Positions 24,691-36,751 of a DNA stretch of 64,000 nt are shown in pieces. A program made the translations under genes and the position numbers. The stretch's first letter is position 1. Each line of letters opens with the position of its first letter. A model generated the notes under the pieces. That model had not been told where the DNA came from. It ran no database searches and saw only the letters and a list, made by a program, of their open reading frames with translations. The stretch comes from an uncultured Akkermansia sp. (GTDB lineage Bacteria; Verrucomicrobiota; Verrucomicrobiia; Opitutales; Opitutaceae): positions 2,142 to 66,141 of the forward strand of contig CBINNW010000007.1 of the NCBI GenBank assembly GCA_966252115.1, written 5' to 3'.

Positions 24691-25938
24691 TCACCGCGCC
24701 CGCGGCAGGGCGAGGGTGAACACCGCGCCCTCGCCGGGCGAGCTGCGCAGGGTGATCGTGCCGCGGTGGCGCTCCACGATCTGGCGACAGATGCGCAGGC
24801 CCAGCCCCTGCCCGCCGCGTTTGCTCGACGCGAGCGGCTTGCTCAGAGCCACCGCCGCGTCCTCGTCGGAAAATCCCCGCCCGTCGTCGGCGATCTCCGC
24901 CACGATCCAGTCGCCGCGCGTGCGCAGCGTCACCCGCACATCCTCCGCCCCCGCCTCGAAGGCGTTTTTGAAAAGGTTCTGAAACACGCGGTGCAACTCG
25001 TAGCGGTCGCCGCTCACCATCGGCCCGCCACCCACGTCGCGGGAGCCCGCCGCGCCCTGACGTTCGCCGAAAATCCGCAGCTTCGGACTGTGGAAAAACA
25101 AGACCCCATGCACGTGCTCGATCTCGGCCTGAAGATCGAGCCGCTCCTCGACCGGCTTCGCGCCGTCGCTGAAACGACAGGTCTGCGCCAGATGGAAAAG
25201 ATAGTTCGAGGTTTGCTCCAGTTTGCGCGCTATCTGGTCGATCGGCTGCGCCGCGCGATCCCCCACCGCATCCTTCAACTGCGCCGTCTCCTGGAGCAGC
25301 CGCGCGGTGTAGCCGAGCGTGGAGAAGAGCGCGTTTTTGAGGTCGTGCACCATGGAGGCCGACGCCTCGCCGTAATCCGCCAGCGAATCCTTGGCCGCGA
25401 GCTCGCGCTGGAGCAGCTCGATCACGCCCTCCATCTCGCGGATCACCGCGCTCCGTCCGCGACGCCGCTGCGCCATCTCCACCTCGTGGTGCGCCAGCTC
25501 CACCAAATCCGGCGAATCAAAGGGCACCTGCAAACACTGCTCGCCGATCACCTTCACGCCCCGGCCCGCCCCGAGCACGATGACCGAGAGCTCCGCGTCG
25601 TGCTCGCGCAGCTCGCGGGCCAGCTCCCGCACCGGCCGCCCCGGGTTGCGCACGTCGAGCAGGGCCAGCGCGAAACGTCGCTCGCGCAGTCGCTCCAGGG
25701 CCGCCGCCTGCGTCTCGACGACCGCCACCTCGAAGGCCTCGCCCAGCCGCCGCTCCACCCCGCCGCGCGCCGTGCCGTCGGTGGCCACGACCAGGATCGG
25801 CGGGAGCGCCCCGCCCGCCTGCGCGCGCGCCAGCGCGAAGGGATTCTCGCTCTCCGGCCGGGCGGCGATCGGGAGCGGCGATGCGGACGCCACGGCGAGG
25901 CTCATGCAAGCGGTCCCGGGAAAAACGCCGACGCCCAC
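24691..25938 (-). CDS. receiver-domain histidine kinase (REC-HisKA-HATPase)
   Basis: Receiver (ILVVATDG..ALLDV), H-box MVHDLKNALFS, and HATPase (DDGRGF, GGQGLGLRICR). ATG 25905 is an alternative start. Confidence 0.8.
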   Translation of the reverse strand: MGVGVFPGTACMSLAVASASPLPIAARPESENPFALARAQAGGALPPILVVATDGTARGGVERRLGEAFEVAVVETQAAALERLRERRFALALLDVRNPGRPVRELARELREHDAELSVIVLGAGRGVKVIGEQCLQVPFDSPDLVELAHHEVEMAQRRRGRSAVIREMEGVIELLQRELAAKDSLADYGEASASMVHDLKNALFSTLGYTARLLQETAQLKDAVGDRAAQPIDQIARKLEQTSNYLFHLAQTCRFSDGAKPVEERLDLQAEIEHVHGVLFFHSPKLRIFGERQGAAGSRDVGGGPMVSGDRYELHRVFQNLFKNAFEAGAEDVRVTLRTRGDWIVAEIADDGRGFSDEDAAVALSKPLASSKRGGQGLGLRICRQIVERHRGTITLRSSPGEGAVFTLALPRAR

Positions 25939-26087
25939 CCGTGCGGCGGATTGACCGTTCTCCGACTCGCGCCCTGCATGCGCTCACGACTTCCGGCGGC
26001 TTTGTAAAACACGCCCGTCTTCACACGCCCGCCACCCGCGCCTGTCAACGCCACCCATGAGGCTCCTTTGAGTTTCAACTCCTTTTC

Positions 26088-27473
26088 ATGACCGAAATCC
26101 TTCCGCCGCTCCTCGGCCTGTTCGTGGGCCTCGCCCTCGGCGCCCTTTTCGCCGGCCTCTTCGCGCGCGCCCGCGCCGCGGCCTTGGCCGAACGTCTCGC
26201 CGCCCGCGAGGGCGAGTCCGCCCGTCTGCAGGCGGAAACCGCCGATCTGCGCCGCGAGCTCGAGCTCGCCCGCGCCGCGCTCGCCACAGGGCGCACCGAA
26301 CTCGCCACCGAGCGCGCCACGGCCGCCGAAAAAATCGCCGCCCTGACCGAGGCCCAACACCGCGCCGCCACCGAGTTCAAGGCCCTCTCCGCCGCCGCCT
26401 TGCAGGCCAACAACAGCGCCTTTCTCGAGCTCGCCCGCGAGACGCTCGGTCGCGGCCGCCAGCTCGCCGACGCGGACCTCGAAAAACGCCAGCTCGCCAT
26501 CGACTCCCTCGTGCGCCCGCTGCGCGACACCCTCGCGCAGGTGGAGACCAAACTGGCCGCCTTTGACCAATCCCGCGCCGAGTCCGCCGCCGCCCTCGGC
26601 GAACAACTGCGCGGCCTCGCCCAGACCCAGCTCGCGCTCCAGACCGAAACCGCCCGCCTGGCCGGCGCCCTGCGCTCCACCGCCGGCGCCGGCACCTGGG
26701 GCGAGCTGCAACTGCGCCGCGTGGTCGAGCTCGCCGGCATGAGCGACTACTGCGACTTCGTCGAACAAAGCTCCACCACCGCCACCACGCCGGGCGGCGC
26801 TTTCGAGACCGGCGGCGCCGCCGGCGGCGGTGGCGGACGGCTGCGCCCCGACCTGCTCGTGCGCCTGCCCGGCGGGCAAACCATCGTGGTGGACGCCAAG
26901 GCCCCCAACGAGGCCTACCGCGAGGCCGCCTCCGCGCCCGACGAAACCCTCCGCGCCGCCAAACTCGCCGAACACGCCGCCAAGGTTCGCGGCCATGTCG
27001 ATGCCCTCGGCGCCAAGGCCTACTGGGAACATTTTCAACCCTCGCCCGAGTTCGTGGTGCTTTTCCTGCCCGGCGACCAGTTCCTCGCCGGCGCGCTCTC
27101 CGCCGATCCCGGTCTCATCGAGCGGGCCATCGCCAAAAAGGTCCTGCTCGCCACGCCCGCCACCCGCATCGCCCTGCTGCGCGCCGCGGCCTACGGTTGG
27201 CGACAGGATACCGCCGCGCGCAACGCCGAGGCCATCTCCGCGCAGGCGAGGGAATTGCACGACCGCGTGGCGGGGTTTCTGGATCACTTCGCGCGCGTGG
27301 CGCCCGCGCTCGAAAACGCCGCCAAGGCCTACAACGCCGCCGTCGGCTCCCTGGAAAGCCGCGTGCTGCCGGCCGGTCGCCGCCTCGCCGAACTGGGAGC
27401 CAAGGGCGCGAAGGAGTTGCCCGCCGGTCTGCCCCTCGCCGAGACCACGACGCGCCAGATCACGGGCGCGTGA
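26088..27473 (+). CDS. rmuC: DNA recombination protein RmuC
   Basis: N-terminal TM, long coiled-coil, and a C-terminal nuclease-like region (VVDAKAP..FVVLFLPGDQF). Confidence 0.9.
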   Translation: MTEILPPLLGLFVGLALGALFAGLFARARAAALAERLAAREGESARLQAETADLRRELELARAALATGRTELATERATAAEKIAALTEAQHRAATEFKALSAAALQANNSAFLELARETLGRGRQLADADLEKRQLAIDSLVRPLRDTLAQVETKLAAFDQSRAESAAALGEQLRGLAQTQLALQTETARLAGALRSTAGAGTWGELQLRRVVELAGMSDYCDFVEQSSTTATTPGGAFETGGAAGGGGGRLRPDLLVRLPGGQTIVVDAKAPNEAYREAASAPDETLRAAKLAEHAAKVRGHVDALGAKAYWEHFQPSPEFVVLFLPGDQFLAGALSADPGLIERAIAKKVLLATPATRIALLRAAAYGWRQDTAARNAEAISAQARELHDRVAGFLDHFARVAPALENAAKAYNAAVGSLESRVLPAGRRLAELGAKGAKELPAGLPLAETTTRQITGA

Positions 27474-27486
27474 GCGCCCGTGTGGC

Positions 27487-27503
27487 GGGAGCATCTTGCT
27501 CCC
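27487..27503 (+). repeat. hairpin GGGAGCA-TCT-TGCTCCC after rmuC (small-hairpin family)
   Basis: In the context GTGGCGGGAGCATCTTGCTCCCGTG, which parallels GTAGCGGGAGCTTCCAGCTCCCGTG at 57452. Confidence 0.6.
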
Positions 27504-27705
27504 GTGGATCGGGAAGGGCAGGCGGGGGGGCGGAAGCTCCGGCCCCGGGCAATCGACAGGTCGGCCGCCACAGGCCCCGCGCTCCGCACGCCGAGCGCCG
27601 CGCGCATCGCCGCGCCTCGTCCGTCCGCTTTCCTCTCCGCGCCGCGATGCGCGTGGTTGCGCCCGGAGGGTTCTCGTTTTCAGGTCTCCCCTTTTCCTCA
27701 ACTTC

Positions 27706-29061
27706 GTGTCCACGCCCGCTCCGACTTCGCCACTTTCGCCCGCCGCCTCCGCCGCGGCGGCCCGTCGCCCCCTTTCGCTCGGCGTGATTTTTCTCACGCT
27801 CTACATCGACCTCATCGGCTTCTCCATCGTCTTTCCGCTCGGGCCGGACCTGCTCAGACACTACCTCGCGATCGACGGCGACGGCGGCCTGCTCGGCGCC
27901 CTCCTCGACTGGATCAACTCGGTGGCCCGCTCGCTCGGCAACCAGACCCACCTGCCGGAGGTGCTTTTCGGCGGCGTGGTGGCGTCGGTGTTTTCCGTGC
28001 TCCAGTTCGTGTTTTCCCCGTTCTGGGGCGGCTTGTCGGACCGTGTAGGTCGCCGCCCGGTCCTCTTCTACACCGTGGCCGGGACGACGCTCAGCTACGC
28101 GTTGTGGGCGGTGAGCGGCAGCTTCTGGCTCTTCCTCGCCGCGCGCGTGCTGGCGGGGCTTTTCGGCGGCAACCTCTCCGTCGCCACGGCGGCGGTGGCC
28201 GACGTCACCACCCGCGAGGAGCGCAGCAAGGCGATGGGCCTCGTCGGCGCCGCCTTCGGGCTCGGTCTCGTCACCGGCCCGCTGGTCGGGGCGCTCAGCG
28301 CGCGGCTCAACCTGCTCGACACCTTCCCGGGGCTGGCGGCCTGGGGCGTCAATCCCTTCACCGTGCCCGCGCTCGTCGCCTGCGGGCTGAGTCTGGTCAA
28401 CCTGTTCTGGATCCGTGCGCGCTTCCGCGAGACGCTGCCCGCCGAGGCGCGCGGCCGTTCGGCCGAACCGCGCCTGCGCAATCCGCTGCGCGCCATCCTC
28501 GGTCTGGACAACGCCGCCGTGCGCGGCGCGAACCTCGTCGGTTTCCTCTACCAGCTCGCCTTCGTGGCGATGGAGGCGTCGCTCGTCTTCGTGAGCGCGG
28601 AGCGCTTCGGCTACGGCCCGATGGACAACGGCAAACTCATGGGCTTCCTCGGCGTCTGCTCCATCATCACCCAGGGCTACATCGTGCGAAAACTCGTCGG
28701 CCGCGTGCCCGAGACGCGTCTGCTCGCGGTGGGGCTGGTCTGCTCGACGGCCGGTTTGCTCGGCGTCGGTTTCGCGCCCAGCCCCGGCGTGCTCTACGCG
28801 GCGGTGGCGGCGCTGGCCTTCGGCGGCGGCCTGGTGAATCCGGCCAACACCGGCCTCATCTCGCTCTACGCGGGGGCGGAGGAACAGGGACGCGTGCTCG
28901 GCATCTACCGTTCGCTCGGCTCGCTGGCGCGCGCCGTCACGCCGATCTGCGCGGGCGTGCTCTACTGGACGGCGGGGGCCCGCACGCTCTACGTCGTGGC
29001 CGGCCTGCTCGCCCTCTCCGCCTGCGCGGCGAGCTTCCGCCTGCCGCAGCCGCGGCGGTGA
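27706..29061 (+). CDS. MFS transporter
   Basis: 12-TM-like profile with the MFS loop motif GGLSDRVGRRPVL. GTG 27706 is the first plausible in-frame start. Confidence 0.85.
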   Translation: MSTPAPTSPLSPAASAAAARRPLSLGVIFLTLYIDLIGFSIVFPLGPDLLRHYLAIDGDGGLLGALLDWINSVARSLGNQTHLPEVLFGGVVASVFSVLQFVFSPFWGGLSDRVGRRPVLFYTVAGTTLSYALWAVSGSFWLFLAARVLAGLFGGNLSVATAAVADVTTREERSKAMGLVGAAFGLGLVTGPLVGALSARLNLLDTFPGLAAWGVNPFTVPALVACGLSLVNLFWIRARFRETLPAEARGRSAEPRLRNPLRAILGLDNAAVRGANLVGFLYQLAFVAMEASLVFVSAERFGYGPMDNGKLMGFLGVCSIITQGYIVRKLVGRVPETRLLAVGLVCSTAGLLGVGFAPSPGVLYAAVAALAFGGGLVNPANTGLISLYAGAEEQGRVLGIYRSLGSLARAVTPICAGVLYWTAGARTLYVVAGLLALSACAASFRLPQPRR

Positions 29062-29138
29062 CGACGCGCGGTGACGACGCGCCGCCCTCGCCGCCGGCGC
29101 CCCTCGTCGGCCCCCGGCTGCCTCCGTCGGCGTTTTTA

Positions 29139-29613
29139 TTTTTCGACACGGAGTTCACGGAGCGCCGACACGGAGGCCACGGAGGTCCGTCCCTGTGCGG
29201 ACCGTGCAGCTGCGGGCGCCACCTGCCGCCAGAAGGAAAATATGATTCCTGCTGTTTTCAGTGGGTGCGCGTGGCGGAATGGCGGAGCCATTTCGTTTCG
29301 GTGGAGCCCGCCGGACGAAAGCGCATCCGCGCTTCCGCCACGACCAGCAATCAATCGCCGTCGCCCAGCCCCAAGACCGGCGGGTGTCTTGCGACGTAAC
29401 GGAACGGCGGAGCCGTTTCGTCGCGGTCAAGTTGCTCGAGCGAAATCATCGGAATACCGCCGGCTATTCCTCAACACGGCACCGACCCACTGGAAACAGC
29501 GAGGAACCGAAAAATTCGTCCATAACACCGCCCCGGCAGCACGGGGAACGCCCCACCCAGGCGGACGGTCCTCCGTGACCTCCGTGTCCGGGCTCCGTGC
29601 GCTCCGTGTCGAA
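29139..29613. mobile_element. composite element: CACGGAG-family arms as about 52-nt inverted termini around 370 bp of non-coding cargo
   Basis: Left arm 29139-29192 and right arm 29563-29613 are reverse complements unit for unit. The interior carries the 69-nt repeat and has no credible ORF. Confidence 0.6.
29271..29339 (+). repeat. 69-nt repeat, copy 2 (inside the composite element)
   Basis: GTGGCGGAATGGCGGAGCCATTTCGTTTCGGTGGAGCCCGCCGGACGAAAGCGCATCCGCGCTTCCGCC. Confidence 0.8.
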
Positions 29614-29624
29614 GTATTCGCGCC

Positions 29625-31352
29625 TCAGTCCTCCGGCTCGCTCGGGCGCCAGTCGATGAGCTCGAGCTGGAGGGTGCGGCGGTCGTTGTAGTAGTTCCAC
29701 GCCAGCTCGATCACCAGATCGATGGGCGCGTCCACCGGTGGCAGGCGGTCGGCCATTTTCCACGCCACGCCGTAGAGCCGGCGGCGGCCCGGGTGGGGCT
29801 CCAGGCAGAAACGGAAATGTTGTTGTTTAAACACCTCCGGCCGCTGCCGCAGCACCACCCCGCGCAGGCCGAATTTCGGCTCCGGGTTGGCCTGGCCGAA
29901 GGGGTGCATCAGCGCCAGCTCCTCCATCAGCCGCTCGTTGATCTGGTCGGGGCGAAGCCAGGCCGCGATGGCCAGTTCGGGCGCGAGCGTGCGACCGCCG
30001 GTCCAGGCGCGCACGCCCTCCGCGAAGCGCTCGCGAAAGGCGTCGAGGTTCTGCTTCTCCAAGGCGACACCGACGGCCATCGGGTGGCCGCCCCAGCTGG
30101 CGAGCAGATCGGAGCAGCCGGCCAGCACCTCCACGAGGTTGATGCCGTCCACGCTGCGGCCGGAGCCCTTGGCCTGCGCGCCCTCGTTGCCGAGCACGAT
30201 GCAGGGGCGGTGATACTTGCGCGTCACGCGGCCGGCCACGATGCCGACCACCCCGGGATGCCAGCCGTCGGCGTAGAGCACGATGCCGGGCCGGTCGAGG
30301 AACAGGGTCTCGATCATCCGATCCGCCTCCTCGGTGATCGCGCGCTCGATGTCCTGCCGCTCGCGGTTGAAACCATCGAGCTGGCGGGCGATTTGGCGAC
30401 AGAAACGCACGTCCTCGCTGAGGATCAGCTCCACCGAAAGGGCGGCGTCGGCCAGACGGCCGGAGGCGTTGATGCGCGGTCCGAGACGGAAGGAGATGTC
30501 CACCGGCATCAGGTCCTGCCCGGGCTTCACCCCGGCCACGTCCATGAGCGCGCGCAGACCGGGGCGGGCGCCCTCCTTGAGCGTGCGCAGACCGTAGCTG
30601 GCGAGGATGCGGTTCTCGGCCTGCAGGGGCACGAGATCGGCGACGGTGCCCAGCGCGACGAGATCGAGGTAATCGCGCAGCTTGATCGCCTGGGCCTCGG
30701 GGTGGCCCTCGCCGCGCAGCTCCTTCACCAGACCGTGGACGAGTTTGAACACCAGCCCGACCGTGCACATGTGCCGCCAGGCGTCGTCGCCCGGCAGATC
30801 GTGGACGTGCGGGTTGATGAGGATGCCCTGTTCGAGCGATTTTTCCTTCGAGCGGTGATGGTCAACGACGATGACGTCGATGCCCTGCGAGGCGAGGTAG
30901 GCGACCTCCTCGTGGGAGTTGGTGCCGCAATCGAGCGCCACAAACAGATCGGGTTTGCCCGGCTCCAGCGCGCGATCGATGGCGCTGCGGGAGAGGCCGT
31001 AACCGTCCTCCATGCGCCGGGGCACCACGAAGCGCGGCACGGAACCGAAGCGGCGCAGGATGCTGACGAGCAGGGCGGTGCTGCTGACGCCGTCCACGTC
31101 GTAGTCGCCCAGCACCACGATCTGCTCGCGCCCGGCCAGCGCGCGGCGCAGACGGGCCGTGGCGAGATCGAGATTTTTGAGGAGAAACGGATCGGCGATG
31201 CGGGCGAGGGCGGGCTTGAGAAAGGCTTCGGCCTCGGCGACCTCGGTCTGGCCGGAGCGCAGGAGCAGCTCGGCGAGCACGGGGCTCACGCCCAGCGCCG
31301 CCGAGAGCGCCGACACCTGCCCCGGCGGGGGCGGAGAATGTATCCAACGCAT
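29625..31352 (-). CDS. recJ: single-stranded-DNA-specific exonuclease RecJ
   Basis: DHH motifs (DYDVDGV, VVDHH) and the DHHA1 motif GGHPMAVG. 575 aa. Confidence 0.95.
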   Translation of the reverse strand: MRWIHSPPPPGQVSALSAALGVSPVLAELLLRSGQTEVAEAEAFLKPALARIADPFLLKNLDLATARLRRALAGREQIVVLGDYDVDGVSSTALLVSILRRFGSVPRFVVPRRMEDGYGLSRSAIDRALEPGKPDLFVALDCGTNSHEEVAYLASQGIDVIVVDHHRSKEKSLEQGILINPHVHDLPGDDAWRHMCTVGLVFKLVHGLVKELRGEGHPEAQAIKLRDYLDLVALGTVADLVPLQAENRILASYGLRTLKEGARPGLRALMDVAGVKPGQDLMPVDISFRLGPRINASGRLADAALSVELILSEDVRFCRQIARQLDGFNRERQDIERAITEEADRMIETLFLDRPGIVLYADGWHPGVVGIVAGRVTRKYHRPCIVLGNEGAQAKGSGRSVDGINLVEVLAGCSDLLASWGGHPMAVGVALEKQNLDAFRERFAEGVRAWTGGRTLAPELAIAAWLRPDQINERLMEELALMHPFGQANPEPKFGLRGVVLRQRPEVFKQQHFRFCLEPHPGRRRLYGVAWKMADRLPPVDAPIDLVIELAWNYYNDRRTLQLELIDWRPSEPED

Positions 31353-31466
31353 GGTGACAACGTGCGCGCAGGCGCGAGCCTCTCGGGCGGCGGCAAGCCC
31401 GTCCCCGCGATGGGGAGACGGGCCGGCTTCGCTCGGTCGGGCTTCGCGCCGGGACGCGCTGGCGTG

Positions 31467-34073
31467 TTACTTGGCGTCCGGCTCGGGGCCGACGGGCTTG
31501 GGCACGGAGATCTTGGCGCCGACATCCCAATCGTAAATGGGCTTGGCGTCGTGGCTCTTCTCGACGTGGTCGCGGTCGCCCTTGTGCCACCAGTAGAAGA
31601 TCGGGCTGGCGATGAAAAGGGAGGAAAAGGTGCCGGTGATGACGCCAATGATGAGGGTGACGGCGATGTCGTTGATCTCGCCGCCAGCCACGACGGCGAG
31701 GACGATGGCGGTCAGGAAGGTGGTTCCACCCGTGATGATGGTGCGAGAGAGGGTCAGGTTGAGCGACTTGTTGATGATGTCGCGCAGCGGCGCGTGCGGA
31801 TCGAGCTTGAGCTCCTCGCGGATGCGGTCGAAGACGACGATCGTGTCGTTGATCGAGTAACCGACGATGAGGAGGATCGCCGCGACCATGGCGGCGTTGA
31901 ACTCGCGTCCGAGGAGCACGAACAAGCCGATGGTCATGAGCACGTCGTGCAAGGTGGAGACCACCGCGCCGACGCCGTAACCGATCTCGAAGCGGAAGGC
32001 CACATAGACGAGGATCAGGACCAGCGACCAGAAAATCGCCCAGCCCGCGTTGGACTTGATTTCGGCCCCCACCGAGGCGCCGATCCGGGACTCGCCCGCC
32101 AGTTCCAAGCCCGCGTCGGGATGCGCGGCCTGCAAGGCGGCGACCAAGGGCTTGGCCATGTCGAACTCGGTGACGATGCGCAGCAGCTCGCTGCCCGAGC
32201 CGATGGGCTGGGTGTAGGAGATGTTCACGTCGGTGATGCCCTGCGCCTTGGCCAGGTCGCGAACGGTCTCGATGGGGAGTTTCTCCGTGAAAGCGAGGGT
32301 GACCTCGTCGCCACCGGTGAAGTCGATGCCGTAGATGCGATCCCCCTTCACCACCACGGTGACGGCGCCGATGATGACGACGAGCCACGAGACGATGAAG
32401 GCGTGGCGGGCGTATTTGAGGAAGTCGTAGCGGGTGTTCTGCAGGACCGAGAACATCGGCATGGATTTCACGATTCCGCCATGGATCACGAGGTCGAGGA
32501 AGAGGCGGCTGATCACCAGCGCCGCGAACATGGTGGAGAAGATACCGATGGCGAGGGTGACGCCGAAGCCCTTCACCGGACCGGTGCCCAGCGCGATCAT
32601 GATCGCGGCGGTGATGAGCGTGGTGAGGTTACCGTCCAGAATGGCCGAGAAGGCCTTTTCGAAGCCGGCCTCGAGCGCGGAATGGAGCGATTTGCCCAGC
32701 TTCAGCTCCTCGCGCATGCGCTCGAAGATCAGGATGTTCGAGTCCACCGACATGCCGATGGTCAGCACGATGCCGGCTATGCCGGGCATGGTGAGGGTGG
32801 CGCCGATGCTCGCCATCACGCCCAGAATGATGAGGACGTTCAAGGCCATGGCCACGACCGCGAGAAAACCGCCGGTGGTGTAGAAACCGACTATGAAGAG
32901 GGCGGTGAGCGAGGTGCCGATGATGAAGGCGAGCGTGCCGCTCCTGATCGAATCCGAGGCGAGGGAGGGGCCGACCTCGTATTGGCTCTGCACACGCAGG
33001 GGCAGGTCGAGGGGGTTGTTCAACACGTTGGCGAGCTCGATCGCCTCGAGCTGCGAGAACTGCCCGGTGATCTCGGCGGAGTCGCTATTGATCTCCTTTT
33101 CCACGCCGGGAGCGGAGTAGAGGCGGCCGTCCAAAACGATGGCGAGCTGGGCCCGGGCTCCCGAGTCGCCCGTTTGTTGGACGAGCTGCTGGGTGAGCTT
33201 GGCCACCTCGCGGGTGGCGGCGGCGAACTGGCGCTGACCGTCGGAGTTGAACTTGAGGATGATCCGGTAGCGCCCCATTTCGTCCATCGTGGCGAAGGCG
33301 TCGGTGACGTTTTCACCGGTCATCTCCCAGGTGCGCTTCACGAAAAGCTCGGTCTCGATGGCCTGGCCATTCCGGGAGGTCTGCTCGAGGGTCTTGATCT
33401 GGTAGCCGGCGGGCGTCTCGACGTCGGGGCCGGGGCGGGCGAAGGGATACACGAGGCGGAAATCGAGGCGGGCGGGCTTTTTGACCGACTCCAACACCTC
33501 GGGATTGTCGCGGGTGTTGATACCCGGGAGCTGGACCTCGATGCGGTTTTCGCCGAGGGGGCGGATGAGCGGTTCGGCCACGCCGAGGCCGTTGATACGG
33601 TCGCCGATGATCTCGATGGCCTTGTCCAGCTTTTCCTTGCGCTCGTGCTGGCCAATGTTGGCGGCGGCGCTTTCATCCACCTCGAGCACGAAGGCCACGC
33701 CGCCGCGCAGGTCGAGACCGAGCTGGAGGCTGCCCTTCGACTCTTGCAGCAGGTGCTGGAGCAGTTGGTTGTTCTTTTTCGAGACATTGGTCAGCGAAGG
33801 ATCCATCTTCGCGCTGGGGAAATATTCCTTCGCGAGATCGATTTGGCCTTCGTTGGCCAAGTCGCGCAGGGCGACAAAAACCGAGGGCGCCTGCTTGGCG
33901 TCGAACCGCGCCTTGGCGTCGGTCAACAAGCCCTGAAATTCGGCGTTCTTGGTCTCGACTTCCCCGGCGATGTAGTCGGGCACGTCACGGTCCTGCACCG
34001 GAACCAACGAGAGAGTGGCCCAGAGCACGATGATGGAGCTCAGCACGAGCTTCCACAGGTTGCGTTTAAGCAT
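31467..34073 (-). CDS. secDF: fused protein-export membrane protein SecDF
   Basis: 868 aa. SecD periplasmic domain plus two 6-TM blocks (LGLDLRGG.., IVGYSINDTIVVFDRIRE). Confidence 0.95.
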   Translation of the reverse strand: MLKRNLWKLVLSSIIVLWATLSLVPVQDRDVPDYIAGEVETKNAEFQGLLTDAKARFDAKQAPSVFVALRDLANEGQIDLAKEYFPSAKMDPSLTNVSKKNNQLLQHLLQESKGSLQLGLDLRGGVAFVLEVDESAAANIGQHERKEKLDKAIEIIGDRINGLGVAEPLIRPLGENRIEVQLPGINTRDNPEVLESVKKPARLDFRLVYPFARPGPDVETPAGYQIKTLEQTSRNGQAIETELFVKRTWEMTGENVTDAFATMDEMGRYRIILKFNSDGQRQFAAATREVAKLTQQLVQQTGDSGARAQLAIVLDGRLYSAPGVEKEINSDSAEITGQFSQLEAIELANVLNNPLDLPLRVQSQYEVGPSLASDSIRSGTLAFIIGTSLTALFIVGFYTTGGFLAVVAMALNVLIILGVMASIGATLTMPGIAGIVLTIGMSVDSNILIFERMREELKLGKSLHSALEAGFEKAFSAILDGNLTTLITAAIMIALGTGPVKGFGVTLAIGIFSTMFAALVISRLFLDLVIHGGIVKSMPMFSVLQNTRYDFLKYARHAFIVSWLVVIIGAVTVVVKGDRIYGIDFTGGDEVTLAFTEKLPIETVRDLAKAQGITDVNISYTQPIGSGSELLRIVTEFDMAKPLVAALQAAHPDAGLELAGESRIGASVGAEIKSNAGWAIFWSLVLILVYVAFRFEIGYGVGAVVSTLHDVLMTIGLFVLLGREFNAAMVAAILLIVGYSINDTIVVFDRIREELKLDPHAPLRDIINKSLNLTLSRTIITGGTTFLTAIVLAVVAGGEINDIAVTLIIGVITGTFSSLFIASPIFYWWHKGDRDHVEKSHDAKPIYDWDVGAKISVPKPVGPEPDAK

Positions 34074-34187
34074 GGTGGTTTATTGGTTTAGAAAGCGTGG
34101 GGACGCGGCGCGAAGCCGGGCCGACGGACGGGGTAAGGGGTATGAAAAAACGAAAGCCATACGGCGCCGACGATCCGCCGGCGCCGC

Positions 34188-34210
34188 AAAAAAAACAGCC
34201 CGAACCGGGC
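34188..34210 (-). terminator. intrinsic terminator 9 nt after the yajC stop
   Basis: On the minus strand, GCCCGGTTCGGGC followed by TG and T8. Confidence 0.75.
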
Positions 34211-34218
34211 ACAGGGCC

Positions 34219-34545
34219 TCAACCCTTCTTGCGCACGAGCTCCTGCACGAAGGCCTTCGCGACCTCGATCTTCACGCCGTCGGCGATGCGCACGACGAAG
34301 CGGTCATCCTTCTTGGCGGTGATTTCACCGTAGATGCCGCCAGCCGTCACAATCTCGTCACCCGTGCCCAGTTCGCTGAGCATTTTGGCGTGCTGTTTCT
34401 GCTTCTTCCGCTGCGGCGCGATAATGAGGAACCACATGGCGGCGAACATGAAGCCGATGAACAACAGGTTCATCGCGCCAGCCCCCGCGGGGGCCCCGGA
34501 ACCGGCCTGGGCAACGAGAGGAAGCGAAACGGAAAAGGAACTCAT
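34219..34545 (-). CDS. yajC: preprotein translocase subunit YajC
   Basis: 108 aa with a single TM. ..QRKKQKQHAKMLSELGTGDEIVTAGGIYGEI.. is the YajC signature. Confidence 0.9.
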   Translation of the reverse strand: MSSFSVSLPLVAQAGSGAPAGAGAMNLLFIGFMFAAMWFLIIAPQRKKQKQHAKMLSELGTGDEIVTAGGIYGEITAKKDDRFVVRIADGVKIEVAKAFVQELVRKKG

Positions 34546-34680
34546 TTTCGGAATTGCGAGACGTGATTTTTAGACGAGGAATCGCGACATAACCGCGCCC
34601 GCATCCGCGAACGCAAGCCATAACCCGACCGTCCTCCGCCCGCCTACGCCGCGACCCGCGCGGCCCTTTTTTTCGCCCTC

Positions 34681-36699
<2,019 letters not shown>

Positions 36700-36751
36700 T
36701 TCCAATGTGCGTTCCAGCAGAGCCAAATCGGCCGGAGGATCGCGCTATGGT

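Noticed and set aside
24253-24691. A toxin partner for the antitoxin-like ORF.
   Set aside because: No ORF of RelE/ParE/HigB size or character lies in the 77-nt and 85-nt flanks. Neighbouring frames are shadow ORFs.
29793-34091. 1432-aa ORF on the plus strand, and similar giants at 52587-56468 (minus strand, 1293 aa), 57643-61521 (plus strand, 1292 aa), 21321-24167 (minus strand, 948 aa), 14500-16722 (minus strand) and 17820-19979 (plus strand).
   Set aside because: They are Gly/Ala/Arg/Asp-rich low-complexity shadow frames of strongly recognisable genes on the opposite strand or in another frame (recJ/secDF, PFOR, gdh/cls, the kinase operon, dxs). Long stop-free antisense frames are expected at about 70% GC.
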